From positions 7,206 to 71,205 of the forward strand of contig JAZKCM010000001.1 in the NCBI GenBank assembly GCA_040388095.1: 64,000 nt of DNA, read 5' to 3'. Positions 27,136 to 36,794 of the stretch are shown here, piece after piece. A program made the position numbers and the translations under genes. Position 1 is the first letter of the stretch, and each line of letters begins with the position of its first letter. The notes under the pieces were generated by a model. It did no database searches. It was not told the origin of the DNA and worked only from the letters and a program-made list of their open reading frames with translations. Source of the DNA: Patescibacteria group bacterium. Lineage in GTDB: Bacteria > Patescibacteriota > Minisyncoccia > Phycocordibacterales > UBA9973.

Positions 27136-29070
27136 ATGGAAACTCCAGAACTCCCTTACAATAGAGATCTCACCTACATTGGCCTTGCGTCTTTCCGCAA
27201 TAAAAATCAAATCTTTGGAATAAAAAGAAAAGACCGTCGTCAACATGTGTATGTCTTGGGAAAGTCAGGTACTGGTAAATCGGTACTTCTTTCAAATATG
27301 ATTATTCAGAACATCAACAATGGCGAAGGCGTCTGTGTTGTCGATCCGCACGGCGAACTCGTCGAAGGTATTCTCGGTTCAATCCCTCCAAACAGAATTA
27401 AAGATGTCGTTTATTTCAACCCAGCTGATACGGATTTTCATCTCGGTTTAAATGTCCTAGAGCTTATCGATCCGCAATACAAGCATCTCGTCGCTTCAGG
27501 CCTTATGGGAATTTTCACCAAGATCTGGGCGAATGTTTGGTCTGCGAGAATGGAATATATTTTGAATAATGCAATTCTCGCTCTTCTTGAAACTCCAGGT
27601 TCGACGCTTCTCGGTGTGACTCGTATGCTCGTCGATAAACCTTATAGAAAAACTATTGTTGATAATTTGAAAGATCCGATCATCAAAGGCTTCTGGGTTA
27701 ATGAATATGAAACATGGCAGGACAAATTCCGTAATGAAGCAATCACGCCGATCCAAAATAAAGTCGGACAATTTCTTTCTTCTTCTATCGTGCGTAATGT
27801 CGTCGGTCAGGCAAAAAGTACAATCAATCTTTTCAATATTATGAATGAAGGAAAGATTTTCCTTGTGAATGTTTCTAAAGGAAGAATTGGTGAAGATAAT
27901 TCTGCACTACTAGGGGGGATGATTATTACGAAACTCCAACTTGCTGCAATGGAGCGCGTGCGTATTCCGGAAGATGAAAGAAAAGATTTTTATTTATATG
28001 TCGACGAATTCCAGAACTTCGTGACGGACTCTTTCGCAAGTATTCTTTCTGAAGCTCGAAAATATCGTTTGAACCTAACCGTCGCTCATCAATACACTGC
28101 TCAGCTCGTCACAGGCAATGGTTCTGCAGTCCGTGATGCTGTCTTCGGTAACGTCGGAACAATGATTATTTTCCGTGTCGGCGCTGATGATGCAGATTTC
28201 TTGGAAAAAGAATTCGAGCCAGAATTCATGGCGCAAGATATCGTGAATCTTCCGAACTATAGGATTTATTTAAAACTTATGATTGATGGTGTTACGAGTC
28301 GTCCATTTTCTGCGCGCACTTTACCACCAATCGTCGCAAAAACTGATAAAGGTATTGAAGAAGAAGTGATCGTCTCTTCACGAGCTTTATATGCACGCTC
28401 GAAAGAAGTTGTCGAAGCAGAAATAAATGATTGGAGTGGAATGTCTCTTGGCTCTATCACAGCGACGACGCCAATGAAAATTGAAAAACCAATGTTTGAA
28501 GTAAAATGCTCTCATTGTGGTAAAGATACGAGCGTGCCATTTCAACCAGAACCGGGCCGGCCTGTGTATTGTAAAGATTGTCTCGCAAAAATGAAAACAG
28601 GGGAGATCGTCATACCAAGACCTCAGCCAGTACCTGTACCTCAAGTAAAATCTATTCCATCGGTACCATTTATTAAAAAAATATTTACCAAACAACCAGA
28701 GCAGACAAAAACTACTTTTGTTCCTAGACCAGTAAATCCTCCACAAGCAAAACCAGAACAGAATTTTGCATTGAAAGATCTTCTCAATAAAGCTATTTCT
28801 GAAAAAGAAAAAGAAGTAGCTATTCCTGTGCAACAAAAAATACCAGATGCTCCAGCACCAATATCTTTAAATTCTTTAAAAAAAGAACCAACACCAATAA
28901 CCAATAATGCTTTTGGAAAAGACAAGAGTGCGAGTAGTGAAGACATCAATAAATTTAAAAATTTTGTTTCAAGTATCAATCCGACTCAATCTGAAATTCA
29001 AAAAGAAGAAATAAAACCGCAACCTATCAAAGAAGTTCCCGAAGATGTGTTGCGAAAAATCTTAGAATAA
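27136..29070 (+). CDS. VirD4/TraD-like (type IV coupling-protein-like) P-loop ATPase with C-terminal CxxC-x17-CxxC zinc ribbon and P/Q/K-rich tail
   Basis: Start at METPEL (ATG 27136), 8 nt after an extended -10 box TGtTATAAT (27120-27128). Walker A is LGKSGTGKS (27259-27282) and Walker B is FYLYVDEFQNF, followed by TVAHQYTAQL. The ribbon is CSHCGKDTSVPFQPEPGRPVYCKDC (28507-28581). Confidence 0.7.
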   Translation: METPELPYNRDLTYIGLASFRNKNQIFGIKRKDRRQHVYVLGKSGTGKSVLLSNMIIQNINNGEGVCVVDPHGELVEGILGSIPPNRIKDVVYFNPADTDFHLGLNVLELIDPQYKHLVASGLMGIFTKIWANVWSARMEYILNNAILALLETPGSTLLGVTRMLVDKPYRKTIVDNLKDPIIKGFWVNEYETWQDKFRNEAITPIQNKVGQFLSSSIVRNVVGQAKSTINLFNIMNEGKIFLVNVSKGRIGEDNSALLGGMIITKLQLAAMERVRIPEDERKDFYLYVDEFQNFVTDSFASILSEARKYRLNLTVAHQYTAQLVTGNGSAVRDAVFGNVGTMIIFRVGADDADFLEKEFEPEFMAQDIVNLPNYRIYLKLMIDGVTSRPFSARTLPPIVAKTDKGIEEEVIVSSRALYARSKEVVEAEINDWSGMSLGSITATTPMKIEKPMFEVKCSHCGKDTSVPFQPEPGRPVYCKDCLAKMKTGEIVIPRPQPVPVPQVKSIPSVPFIKKIFTKQPEQTKTTFVPRPVNPPQAKPEQNFALKDLLNKAISEKEKEVAIPVQQKIPDAPAPISLNSLKKEPTPITNNAFGKDKSASSEDINKFKNFVSSINPTQSEIQKEEIKPQPIKEVPEDVLRKILE

Positions 29071-29074
29071 TTTT

Positions 29075-29102
29075 TTGATTTTTAGTCAAAATTTGCTATA
29101 CT
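29075..29102 (+). promoter_or_regulatory. candidate promoter TTGATT-16 nt-TATACT for dnaJ
   Basis: TTGATT at 29075-29080 and TATACT at 29097-29102. ATG at 29118. Confidence 0.35.
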
Positions 29103-29117
29103 ACAAGCCATACAATT

Positions 29118-29975
29118 ATGGCAAAAGATTATTACAACTTACTCGGCGTCGGTAAAAACGCTTCAAAAGAAGACATAAAACTGGCTTTCCGAAAGCTTGC
29201 TCACAAATACCATCCTGATAAAAAAGATGGTGATGAAGCAAAATTCAAGGAGGTGAATGAAGCTTATCAGACGCTCTCTGATGATAAAAAACGCGCGCAA
29301 TATGACCAATTTGGCTCTGGCTATCAGAATTACGCTGGTGCACAGCAAGGTGGTCAAGGCTTCGGTGGTTTTGATTATTCTGGTTTCCAGAATGGCGGAG
29401 CAGAATTTGATTTTGGAAATTTAAATGACATTTTTTCTGATTTCTTTGGTGGTGGTATGGGTGGAGGAAGACCACAAGCAAGACAGGGTAGAGATATTTC
29501 GACAGAAATGACTATCACTTTCACTGAAGCATTGCTCGGTGTTGAAAAAAGAATTTCAATCAATAAAGTTTCAAATTGTGATACTTGTAAAAGTACAGGA
29601 GCAAAGCCAGGAACTAAAATGAATACGTGCAAGAAATGTAACGGTCAAGGCCAAGTCCGCGAAATAAAGAAATCATTCCTCGGATCTATTTCAAGCGTGA
29701 GGCTTTGCGATGAATGTTTGGGTGAAGGAAAAATTCCTGAAGAAAAATGTGAGACATGCAAAGGCGCAGGAGTTTTGAAAAAAGATGAAGAGATTAAAGT
29801 CATTATTCCATCTGGCATACTGAGCGGAGAGACAATACGCATCAATGCGATGGGCGAAGCAGTCAAGAATGGTAAGACAGGAGACTTATATATAAATATC
29901 AAAATCAAAAAACCAGGCAAATTGAGCAAGAAAGCTATCGAGCTCATTGAAAAATTGAAGGAAGAAGGAGTATAA
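29118..29975 (+). CDS. dnaJ: DnaJ-family co-chaperone, truncated type I (285 aa)
   Basis: J domain (DYYNLLGV...KYHPDKK), a G/F region, and four CxxCxGxG zinc-finger motifs. Only about 85 aa follow the zinc finger. Confidence 0.85.
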   Translation: MAKDYYNLLGVGKNASKEDIKLAFRKLAHKYHPDKKDGDEAKFKEVNEAYQTLSDDKKRAQYDQFGSGYQNYAGAQQGGQGFGGFDYSGFQNGGAEFDFGNLNDIFSDFFGGGMGGGRPQARQGRDISTEMTITFTEALLGVEKRISINKVSNCDTCKSTGAKPGTKMNTCKKCNGQGQVREIKKSFLGSISSVRLCDECLGEGKIPEEKCETCKGAGVLKKDEEIKVIIPSGILSGETIRINAMGEAVKNGKTGDLYINIKIKKPGKLSKKAIELIEKLKEEGV

Positions 29976-29982
29976 TATACAT

Positions 29983-30825
29983 ATGAAGAAATTAAGAATT
30001 GGAATTTTAATTCTCCTTTGTTTTTTATCTGTAGGGAATAAATTTATTTTTGCGCAAAGTTCGACAAATGCAGGTTTTGTACCTTCTAATATATGGTATT
30101 CAAAAGACCCTTTTGAAGAAAAAGACTCAATAAAGATCTATACGCTCGTTTTTAATTCAGATAGTAAACGAGCTCTTTCCGGCTCTGTGCTATTTTTTGA
30201 CAATGATGTATTGCTTGGAAAGAAAGCTTTTACTGCAGCACCATCGAGTGTCGCTCAAGTTTTTGTAAACTGGCAAGTTACAGTTGGCTCACACGATATT
30301 TATGCAAAGATTGAGAATAGTAAATTTACTGTGAGTGCAGGAAAATACGAAGATGTGTATTTAAATGAAAATGAATCCGAACATAGTAAACGAACTGTAA
30401 ATAAGAAAATAATTTTACCATCAAGTTCAGATGTAGTTAAAGAAAATACTTTTTCAAATTCAGGTGATGCTATATCAAATATTGCGAATACAATAAAAGA
30501 AAAAACTCCTGATATTATAGCGAAACCTATTCTTGCGACTGTCGGAGCTACGGAAGATTTTAGAACAACGACAGAAAATACTCTTGTAAAAAAAGAAAAT
30601 GAGATACAAAAAGACTTAAAGTCACTTTCTTCTATACAAATATCAAAACCTACTGCATCTACGCCTTCTCCTAAAAAAAGTTTTATTCAAAAACCATTTA
30701 AATATGTCGAACTATTTTTTGTAAAATTATTTAGTTTTATTTTTAAATATAAAATCTTGTTTTATGGATTATCTTTTCTCCTTATCATCTGGATTTTACG
30801 TTTTCTCTGGCAAAGATTTTTCTAA
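29983..30825 (+). CDS. hypothetical exported protein with C-terminal membrane anchor
   Basis: Signal-like N-terminus MKKLRIGILILLCFLSVGNKFIFA and a C-terminal TM helix ILFYGLSFLLIIWILRFLW. Confidence 0.5.
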   Translation: MKKLRIGILILLCFLSVGNKFIFAQSSTNAGFVPSNIWYSKDPFEEKDSIKIYTLVFNSDSKRALSGSVLFFDNDVLLGKKAFTAAPSSVAQVFVNWQVTVGSHDIYAKIENSKFTVSAGKYEDVYLNENESEHSKRTVNKKIILPSSSDVVKENTFSNSGDAISNIANTIKEKTPDIIAKPILATVGATEDFRTTTENTLVKKENEIQKDLKSLSSIQISKPTASTPSPKKSFIQKPFKYVELFFVKLFSFIFKYKILFYGLSFLLIIWILRFLWQRFF

Positions 30826-30867
30826 AAATATCTTTGTATTTTATTTATAAAAGTGTACTATTAGTGT

Positions 30868-31131
30868 ATGAAATTGAGAATTTTCTGCGCATTAATACTG
30901 TTATTTTCTAATCTTTTTCTGCCACTTTGGGTTTCTTTTATATTGCTCATTTTAGGTGTTTTTTACTTCGATTCCTTTTTTGAAGGGTTTGCTGTTATGT
31001 TTCTTGTCGATCTTTTATACGGAGTACCAGTAGATAGATTTTTTGGTTTTACGCTCGTGTCTTCATTTGTCGCACTTTGTATTGTTATCTTAGGATTTTT
31101 CTTGAAAAAGAAATTAAAGTTTTATCAATAA
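30868..31131 (+). CDS. small hypothetical membrane protein (3 TM)
   Basis: 87 aa, hydrophobic, and ends 4 nt before mrdA. Its position is compatible with an MreD-like role, but no sequence motif supports this. Confidence 0.4.
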   Translation: MKLRIFCALILLFSNLFLPLWVSFILLILGVFYFDSFFEGFAVMFLVDLLYGVPVDRFFGFTLVSSFVALCIVILGFFLKKKLKFYQ

Positions 31132-31135
31132 ATAT

Positions 31136-32839
31136 ATGATTAGAAAAATTTTACGAGATCGAAAAATAAAAAATTCCCACACATATGTCGAGCCAGATGA
31201 GGTTTTTCTCGATTCAGAAAATATACAAAATTTTGATCTTCAGCAATTTGAAGGTCGTATAGAAAAACCAGTTTCAAAAAAATCTATTTGGTTTATATCA
31301 ATTTTCTTTCTGCTCTTCGGTATTTTATTTTTGAGTCGTTTAGGATATTTACAAATTCATAAAGGTTTGGCATATCTTAAGAGAAGTGAAAATAATACAT
31401 TAGATAAAAGTATCCTTTTTGCTGATCGTGGAATCGTTTATGATCGCAATAAAAAAGAACTTGTCTGGAATGAAAAAAAAGCAGAGCACGGCGACCTCTC
31501 TACTCGTTCATACATGACACCTGGATTTTCTCATGTACTTGGCTATGTATCATATCCAGCACAGGACAAGAGTGGTCGCTATTGGCAGCAGGATTTCATT
31601 GGTAAAGATGGTATAGAAAAACAGTATAATTCCCAATTACAAGGAACTAACGGTGTTAAAATTATCGAGAACGATGTGCGAGGCACTGTCTATTCTGAAA
31701 ATATTATTAATGCTCCACAAAGGGGTGAGGATCTTACTCTCTCGATAGACTCCCGCATTCAAGCGAAGCTCTACGAATCTATCAAAGGACTTTCCGAAAG
31801 AGTTTCTTTTAAGGGTGGAGCGGCTATCATTATGGATGTCACCAATGGTGAGATACTGGCAAGTGTGAGCTATCCGGAATACAGTTCTGAAGTGTTGTCA
31901 CAAGGCAAGGATCGTCCAAGCATCAGCGGATATTTTTCAGATAGCCGAAAAGTGTTTATGGATAGGACGCTCTCGGGTCTCTATACTCCAGGATCTATCG
32001 TGAAGCCTTTCGTTGCCCTTGGTGCACTTCAGGAAGGTATTATCGACCCGCTTACAAAAATACTTTCTACTGGTTCAATATCTATTCCAAATCCATACAA
32101 TCCAAAAGATAAGACAGTTTTCAAAGACTGGAAAGCGCACGGCTGGGTGGATATGCGCAGAGCACTCGCAGTGTCGAGTGATGTTTATTTTTATGAAGTT
32201 GGCGGAGGGTTTGAAGGGCAGAAAGGCTTGGGCATCGCCAATATTGAAAAATATTCGACTATGTTCGGCATCGGACAGAAGACAGGTGTAGATATGCCCG
32301 ATGAAATAGGTGGCGTGATCCCGAGTCCTGAATGGAAGTTAAAAAATTTCAAAGGCGATGCATGGAGAATAGGAGATACGTATCATACAGCGATCGGCCA
32401 GTATGGCTACCAAGTCACGCCGATCCAGATGGTGCGCGCGACTGGGGCAATAGCAAATGAAGGCACACTTTATACTCCGCATTTCCTCTTGGGTGATGCA
32501 ACGATGCAAGCGAAAACCTCCTCTGTTTCTTCTATCAATAAAGAATATTACGATATTATCCATGAAGGTATGAGGCAGGCAGTCACTGATGGTGGTACTG
32601 CGGCAGCTTTGAATGTACCGTATGTGAAAGTCGCTGCGAAGACTGGTACCGCTCAGCTCGGCGTTGCCAAAAATAAAGTAAACTCTTGGACTATAGGCTT
32701 CTTTCCTTACGATCATCCGAAGTATGCATTCACAATCATGATGGAAGCCGGCCCATCTACCAACGGTATCGGTGCAGCCTCTATCATGCGCGAACTTCTT
32801 GATTATATGTCGGTCAATACGCCTGAGTATTTTCAGTAA
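31136..32839 (+). CDS. mrdA: penicillin-binding protein 2 (class B transpeptidase)
   Basis: N-terminal TM helix and pedestal domain, then SxxK (PGSIVKP), SxD/N (SSDVY) and KTG (KTGTAQ). Confidence 0.88.
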   Translation: MIRKILRDRKIKNSHTYVEPDEVFLDSENIQNFDLQQFEGRIEKPVSKKSIWFISIFFLLFGILFLSRLGYLQIHKGLAYLKRSENNTLDKSILFADRGIVYDRNKKELVWNEKKAEHGDLSTRSYMTPGFSHVLGYVSYPAQDKSGRYWQQDFIGKDGIEKQYNSQLQGTNGVKIIENDVRGTVYSENIINAPQRGEDLTLSIDSRIQAKLYESIKGLSERVSFKGGAAIIMDVTNGEILASVSYPEYSSEVLSQGKDRPSISGYFSDSRKVFMDRTLSGLYTPGSIVKPFVALGALQEGIIDPLTKILSTGSISIPNPYNPKDKTVFKDWKAHGWVDMRRALAVSSDVYFYEVGGGFEGQKGLGIANIEKYSTMFGIGQKTGVDMPDEIGGVIPSPEWKLKNFKGDAWRIGDTYHTAIGQYGYQVTPIQMVRATGAIANEGTLYTPHFLLGDATMQAKTSSVSSINKEYYDIIHEGMRQAVTDGGTAAALNVPYVKVAAKTGTAQLGVAKNKVNSWTIGFFPYDHPKYAFTIMMEAGPSTNGIGAASIMRELLDYMSVNTPEYFQ

Positions 32840-32858
32840 ATATGTTATTATAAAAATA

Positions 32859-33320
32859 ATGCAAAACATTGAAGAAAAAATTGAAAGTTTTGATGTGAAG
32901 ATGATCCGCTCAATGAAGCGATGGAGCTTGCCGATAGCTCGCTTGGCTATTTTTGTTGTATATTTTTGGTTCGGTATATTGAAAGTCCTTGCATTGAGTC
33001 CTGCCAATCCGCTCGTTGCAAAGCTCCTCGAACACATTTTACCTGGAGTACCTTTCGATACGTTTATTGTTGCTCTTGGTGTCTTTGAAATGATTATTGG
33101 TATTACTTTCCTTATCAAAGGTTTTGAACGCTTGGCATTCTTTCTACTTATTCTTCATCTCATTATGGTCGTCACTCCGCTTTTTGCCTTGCCAATAGTC
33201 ACATGGCAATCATTCCTCGTACCGACGATGGAAGGTCAGTACATCATAAAAAATATTTTAATCATCGCACTTGCGATGGGCATCGTCTCACATTTGCATC
33301 CATTACAGCCTAAAGAATAA
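32859..33320 (+). CDS. hypothetical 4-TM membrane protein (DoxX/YkgB-like)
   Basis: Start at MQNIEEK (ATG 32859). Hydrophobic helices are present. Family assignment is weak. Confidence 0.45.
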   Translation: MQNIEEKIESFDVKMIRSMKRWSLPIARLAIFVVYFWFGILKVLALSPANPLVAKLLEHILPGVPFDTFIVALGVFEMIIGITFLIKGFERLAFFLLILHLIMVVTPLFALPIVTWQSFLVPTMEGQYIIKNILIIALAMGIVSHLHPLQPKE

Positions 33321-33994
33321 TGAGTAATTTTTACGTCATCGCAACACCGATAGGAAATATGGAAGATATCACGCTTCGTGCAATTCGCATTTTGGGCGAG
33401 GTTGATCTGATACTTTGTGAAGACACTCGTATGACACAGAAAATTTTAAATAAATATGAGATAAAAAAAGCGACGATGAGCTATCATGCACAGAGCAAGA
33501 TCGGTAAGACTGATAAGATTTTCGGATTACTTGAAGAAGGGAAAAACATCGCACTTGTTTCTGATGCTGGTACACCAGGGATTTCAGACCCAGGTGCACT
33601 TCTCGTCTCACAGATCAAAGAAAGATTTACTGATGAAGTAAAAATAATTCCTATACCTGGAGCAACGGCGCTCATTGCTGCACTTTCTGCATGCGGACTG
33701 CCAATCCATGAATTCACTTTCCTCGGTTTTCTCCCGCACAAGAAGGGAAGAGAGACGTTATTCAAAGAAATGGCTTTATCGAGCAGGACTATGGCATTTT
33801 ATGAATCTCCACACAGAATACTTAAAACACTTGAAGCATTAGAGAAATTTGTACCAAATAAAAAAATCTGTGTTGCTCGCGAGATTACCAAAATATATGA
33901 AGATTTTAAGACAGGGTCGGCAAAAGAAATATTGGAATTCTTCATAAAAAACCCTTCAAAGATAAAAGGGGAGTTTGTGGTGATTGTTGCATAG
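33320..33994 (+). CDS. rsmI: 16S rRNA (cytidine1402-2'-O)-methyltransferase
   Basis: LYVIATPIGNMEDITLRAIRILGEVDLILCEDTR, DAGTPGISDPG, FYESPHR. Confidence 0.9.
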   Translation: MSNFYVIATPIGNMEDITLRAIRILGEVDLILCEDTRMTQKILNKYEIKKATMSYHAQSKIGKTDKIFGLLEEGKNIALVSDAGTPGISDPGALLVSQIKERFTDEVKIIPIPGATALIAALSACGLPIHEFTFLGFLPHKKGRETLFKEMALSSRTMAFYESPHRILKTLEALEKFVPNKKICVAREITKIYEDFKTGSAKEILEFFIKNPSKIKGEFVVIVA

Positions 33995-34021
33995 TCTTTT
34001 TTCTGGGAGTATAATGAGTCT

Positions 34022-34258
34022 ATGAAAACACCACGAACGCTATTGATTTTAGGTATTTGGATCGCTATTTTGCCATATCTTGGTTTCCCGTATTCTTGGA
34101 AAAAAATACTTCTAACACTCTCTGGACTTGCTATCGCATATGTTGCATATCTTCTGTATAAAAAAGAGTTAATAAACATTAAAAATATAAACTCTCTCAA
34201 GTTCGATAATTTTTCTGAAAATAGTAGTTTTAGAAATGATACTCATGCAAAGATTTAA
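34022..34258 (+). CDS. small hypothetical membrane protein (2 TM)
   Basis: Intact ORF with two hydrophobic helices. Confidence 0.35.
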   Translation: MKTPRTLLILGIWIAILPYLGFPYSWKKILLTLSGLAIAYVAYLLYKKELINIKNINSLKFDNFSENSSFRNDTHAKI

Positions 34259-35474
34259 AGTTTTTTTTAATAGGACAAAATATATTTTCCTAGCCACTTT
34301 TTTTGTTGTAGGCTTTTTCTTTTTTGGTATTTATGTCGGACAAGGTAAAGTACCAGAAATAGATAAAGTATTTGCTCTTAGTAATAAAGAACCTCAAGTA
34401 AGTACAACAGCTGATTTCGCACCTTTTTGGAAAGTGTGGAACACAATCAACGAAAAATATCCAAATGCAAAAAATGTGTCTGATCAAGATCGAGTGTATG
34501 GAGCTATCAAAGGTCTTACTGGTTCACTCAATGATCCATACAGCACTTTTTTTGTACCAGATGAGACAAAGATGTTTGAAGATGATATTTCTGGAGAATT
34601 TAGTGGTGTCGGTATGGAAGTAGGTATTAAAGATAAAATTCTTACAGTGATTGCTCCACTTAAAAATACTCCTGCATATAACGCTGGGGTAAAATCAGGT
34701 GATAAAATCCTTAAGATAGATAAAACAGTTACTTCAGATTTAAATATCGAACAAGCTATAAAATTAATTCGTGGTGAAAAGGGAACTACGGTTTCTTTGA
34801 CCATTTACAGAGAAGGAGTAAAAAAACCATTAGAAATAAAAATTGTAAGAGATGTTATCAATACACCGACCTTAGATGCTGAATTAAATAAAGAAGGTGT
34901 CTTTGTTATTAATCTCTATAGTTTTTCTGCAAATTCTGCAAATCTTTTTAAAGAGGCAATGGAAAAATTTTTAAATTCAGGATCAGATAAATTACTCCTC
35001 GATCTACGCGGTAATCCAGGTGGATACCTAGATGCTTCTGTCGATATGGCGAGTTGGTTCTTGCCTTCAGGTAAAACTGTTGTTATAGAAGATTATGGAA
35101 ATGATATAAAACCAAAAACTTATAGAAGTCACGGATATGATATTTTTACAGATAAATTAAAATTTGTCATTTTGATTGATAGTGGTTCAGCTTCAGCATC
35201 AGAAATATTAGCAGGGGCAATGCAAGACTATAAGATTGCAAAATTGGTAGGGGAAAAGAGTTATGGTAAAGGTTCTGTACAGGAAGTTGTTAATATTACA
35301 CCTGATACTATTTTCAAAATAACAGTAGCGAAATGGCTGACACCGCTTGGCAGATCTATTTCTGAAAAAGGCTTGGAACCTGATTACAAGGTAACTTCTA
35401 CTGAAAAAGATATAGAAGCAAAACGTGACGCTCAAAAAGAAAAAGCGATAGAAATTCTTAATAATTGGAAATAA
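34236..35474 (+). CDS. ctp: S41 family C-terminal processing peptidase
   Basis: PDZ region (GVGMEVG...PAYNAGVKSGDKILKID) and catalytic region (LDLRGNPGG, SGSASASEILAGA, GKGSVQ). The start may instead be 34245. Confidence 0.85.
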   Translation: MILMQRFKVFFNRTKYIFLATFFVVGFFFFGIYVGQGKVPEIDKVFALSNKEPQVSTTADFAPFWKVWNTINEKYPNAKNVSDQDRVYGAIKGLTGSLNDPYSTFFVPDETKMFEDDISGEFSGVGMEVGIKDKILTVIAPLKNTPAYNAGVKSGDKILKIDKTVTSDLNIEQAIKLIRGEKGTTVSLTIYREGVKKPLEIKIVRDVINTPTLDAELNKEGVFVINLYSFSANSANLFKEAMEKFLNSGSDKLLLDLRGNPGGYLDASVDMASWFLPSGKTVVIEDYGNDIKPKTYRSHGYDIFTDKLKFVILIDSGSASASEILAGAMQDYKIAKLVGEKSYGKGSVQEVVNITPDTIFKITVAKWLTPLGRSISEKGLEPDYKVTSTEKDIEAKRDAQKEKAIEILNNWK

Positions 35475-35478
35475 AAAT

Positions 35479-35922
35479 ATGAAAGTAATATTCCTCAAAG
35501 ATGTGCCAAGAGTCGGCAAAAGAAATGAAGTGAAAGAAGCAAACGATGGTTACGCTATGAATTTTCTTATTCCTAAAAAGCTCGCCGAGCTCGCTACGCC
35601 AAAATCCATAAATGCTCTAGAACAGAAGAAAAAAGAAATGGTTTTAGAGCGTACTATGGCTGAGCAGGCACTGATGAAAATTCTAAATGAAATAAAAGAC
35701 AAGGAAGTCACCATCAAAGGAAAAGCAAATGAACAAGGACACCTCTTTTCTGCAATTCATAAAAAAGAAATTGTAGAAGCATTGAAAAGGGAACATAAAA
35801 TAGAAATAGGCGAAGATTTCATTGATCTTGAAAAGCCACTCAAAGAAACAGGCGAATTTGAAATTTTGGTTAAAGTGAAAGATAAGAAGACTTCGTTTAA
35901 ACTCCTCATCGGAAAAATATAA
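35479..35922 (+). CDS. rplI: 50S ribosomal protein L9
   Basis: MKVIFLKDVPRVGKRNEVKEANDGYAMNFLIPKKLA. Confidence 0.92.
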   Translation: MKVIFLKDVPRVGKRNEVKEANDGYAMNFLIPKKLAELATPKSINALEQKKKEMVLERTMAEQALMKILNEIKDKEVTIKGKANEQGHLFSAIHKKEIVEALKREHKIEIGEDFIDLEKPLKETGEFEILVKVKDKKTSFKLLIGKI

Positions 35923-35932
35923 AATACAAAAT

Positions 35933-35964
35933 AAAAACACTCGAATTGATTCGAGTGTTTTTAT
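35933..35964. terminator. bidirectional rho-independent terminator
   Basis: aaaaaCACTCGAAttgaTTCGAGTGtttttattt lies between convergent rplI and rpmA. Confidence 0.7.
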
Positions 35965-35976
35965 TTAAAAGTTATT

Positions 35977-36249
35977 TTAGAGAACGCTGACAGTTTTCTT
36001 TACAGAAGTTTTCCCATTGAAGGAAGTCTTGCGCTTTGAGCTGAATTTTACTTTTCCATCGCGGAGAGCGAATAGGGTATGATCCTTACCCATACCGACG
36101 TTTGTACCAGCCAAGATGACTGTACCACGCTGGCGGATGATGATAGATCCAGATTGAGCTTTTTGGCCATCATAAAGCTTCGTACCGAGGTACTGTGGAT
36201 TCGAGTCTCTTAAGTTTTTGGCGGTTCCGCCGGCTTTTCTATGTGCCAT
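35977..36249 (-). CDS. rpmA: 50S ribosomal protein L27
   Basis: [29 protein letters not shown]...IIIRQRGT...[16 protein letters not shown]. Confidence 0.95.
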   Translation of the reverse strand: MAHRKAGGTAKNLRDSNPQYLGTKLYDGQKAQSGSIIIRQRGTVILAGTNVGMGKDHTLFALRDGKVKFSSKRKTSFNGKTSVKKTVSVL

Positions 36250-36308
36250 TGCTTTATATTTGAATTAAATGATAAACTTATATACGTAAAGCAAGTATAA
36301 ACTATCCT

Positions 36309-36719
36309 ATGGAAAAAATCAAGTATTTTTTGCAGAGTGAAAAAGGGAAGGATCTATTGATTATTTTGATCATTATTTTGGTCGGATTGGCTTCATTTAT
36401 GCTAGGTAGGCTCTCTAAACAAGCTCAAAATAGCGATTTTAAAGTCATTTATCCTGAAGAGCAAGCAAATGCCATTTCAGGCCTAAATAGTGCTAAAAAC
36501 AGCCAAAATCAGCAAATATCGGTTCCTAAAGTTTCAGCTATAAATGATGAAAATATTTCAATTCCGCAAGGAAATTTTTTCGCTTCAAAACGAGGGAAGA
36601 AATATTATCCGCTGGGTTGTTCTGCAGGTAAAACTATTAAAGATACAAATAAAGTTTGGTTTGCTACAGGGGAGGATGCAAGTAAAGCTGGTTTTGAGCT
36701 TTCTAGTTCTTGTCATTAA
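36309..36719 (+). CDS. membrane-anchored protein with C-terminal 'sunset'-type small Cys domain
   Basis: N-terminal TM helix. The C-terminus KKYYPLGCSAGKTIKDTNKVWFATGEDASKAGFELSSSC fits the Y-x-x-x-C ... N ... F ... A ... AG(F/Y) ... C pattern of that domain. Confidence 0.5.
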   Translation: MEKIKYFLQSEKGKDLLIILIIILVGLASFMLGRLSKQAQNSDFKVIYPEEQANAISGLNSAKNSQNQQISVPKVSAINDENISIPQGNFFASKRGKKYYPLGCSAGKTIKDTNKVWFATGEDASKAGFELSSSCH

Positions 36720-36794
36720 ACATAATATGATGTCCCACAATATATGTTTGGTACTATTATATAAAAAAATAAGCTTTTAAAACAGAGCTATGGA

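Noticed and set aside
28387-28979. Two minus-strand ORFs (149 aa and 112 aa) under the 3' third of the VirD4-like gene
   Set aside because: They mirror the low-complexity P/Q/K-rich tail of the sense protein, and their W/R/F-rich translations look non-biological.
30868-31131. Calling the 87-aa membrane protein MreD because it precedes mrdA
   Set aside because: The only argument is position. It is about half the usual MreD length, and no mreB or mreC is adjacent.
32339-33118. 259-aa ORF on the minus strand
   Set aside because: It is entirely antisense to the 3' end of mrdA (with clear SxxK/KTG motifs) and to the next membrane gene. The translated sequence is low-complexity, basic and Cys-rich with no motifs. 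It is most likely a shadow ORF.
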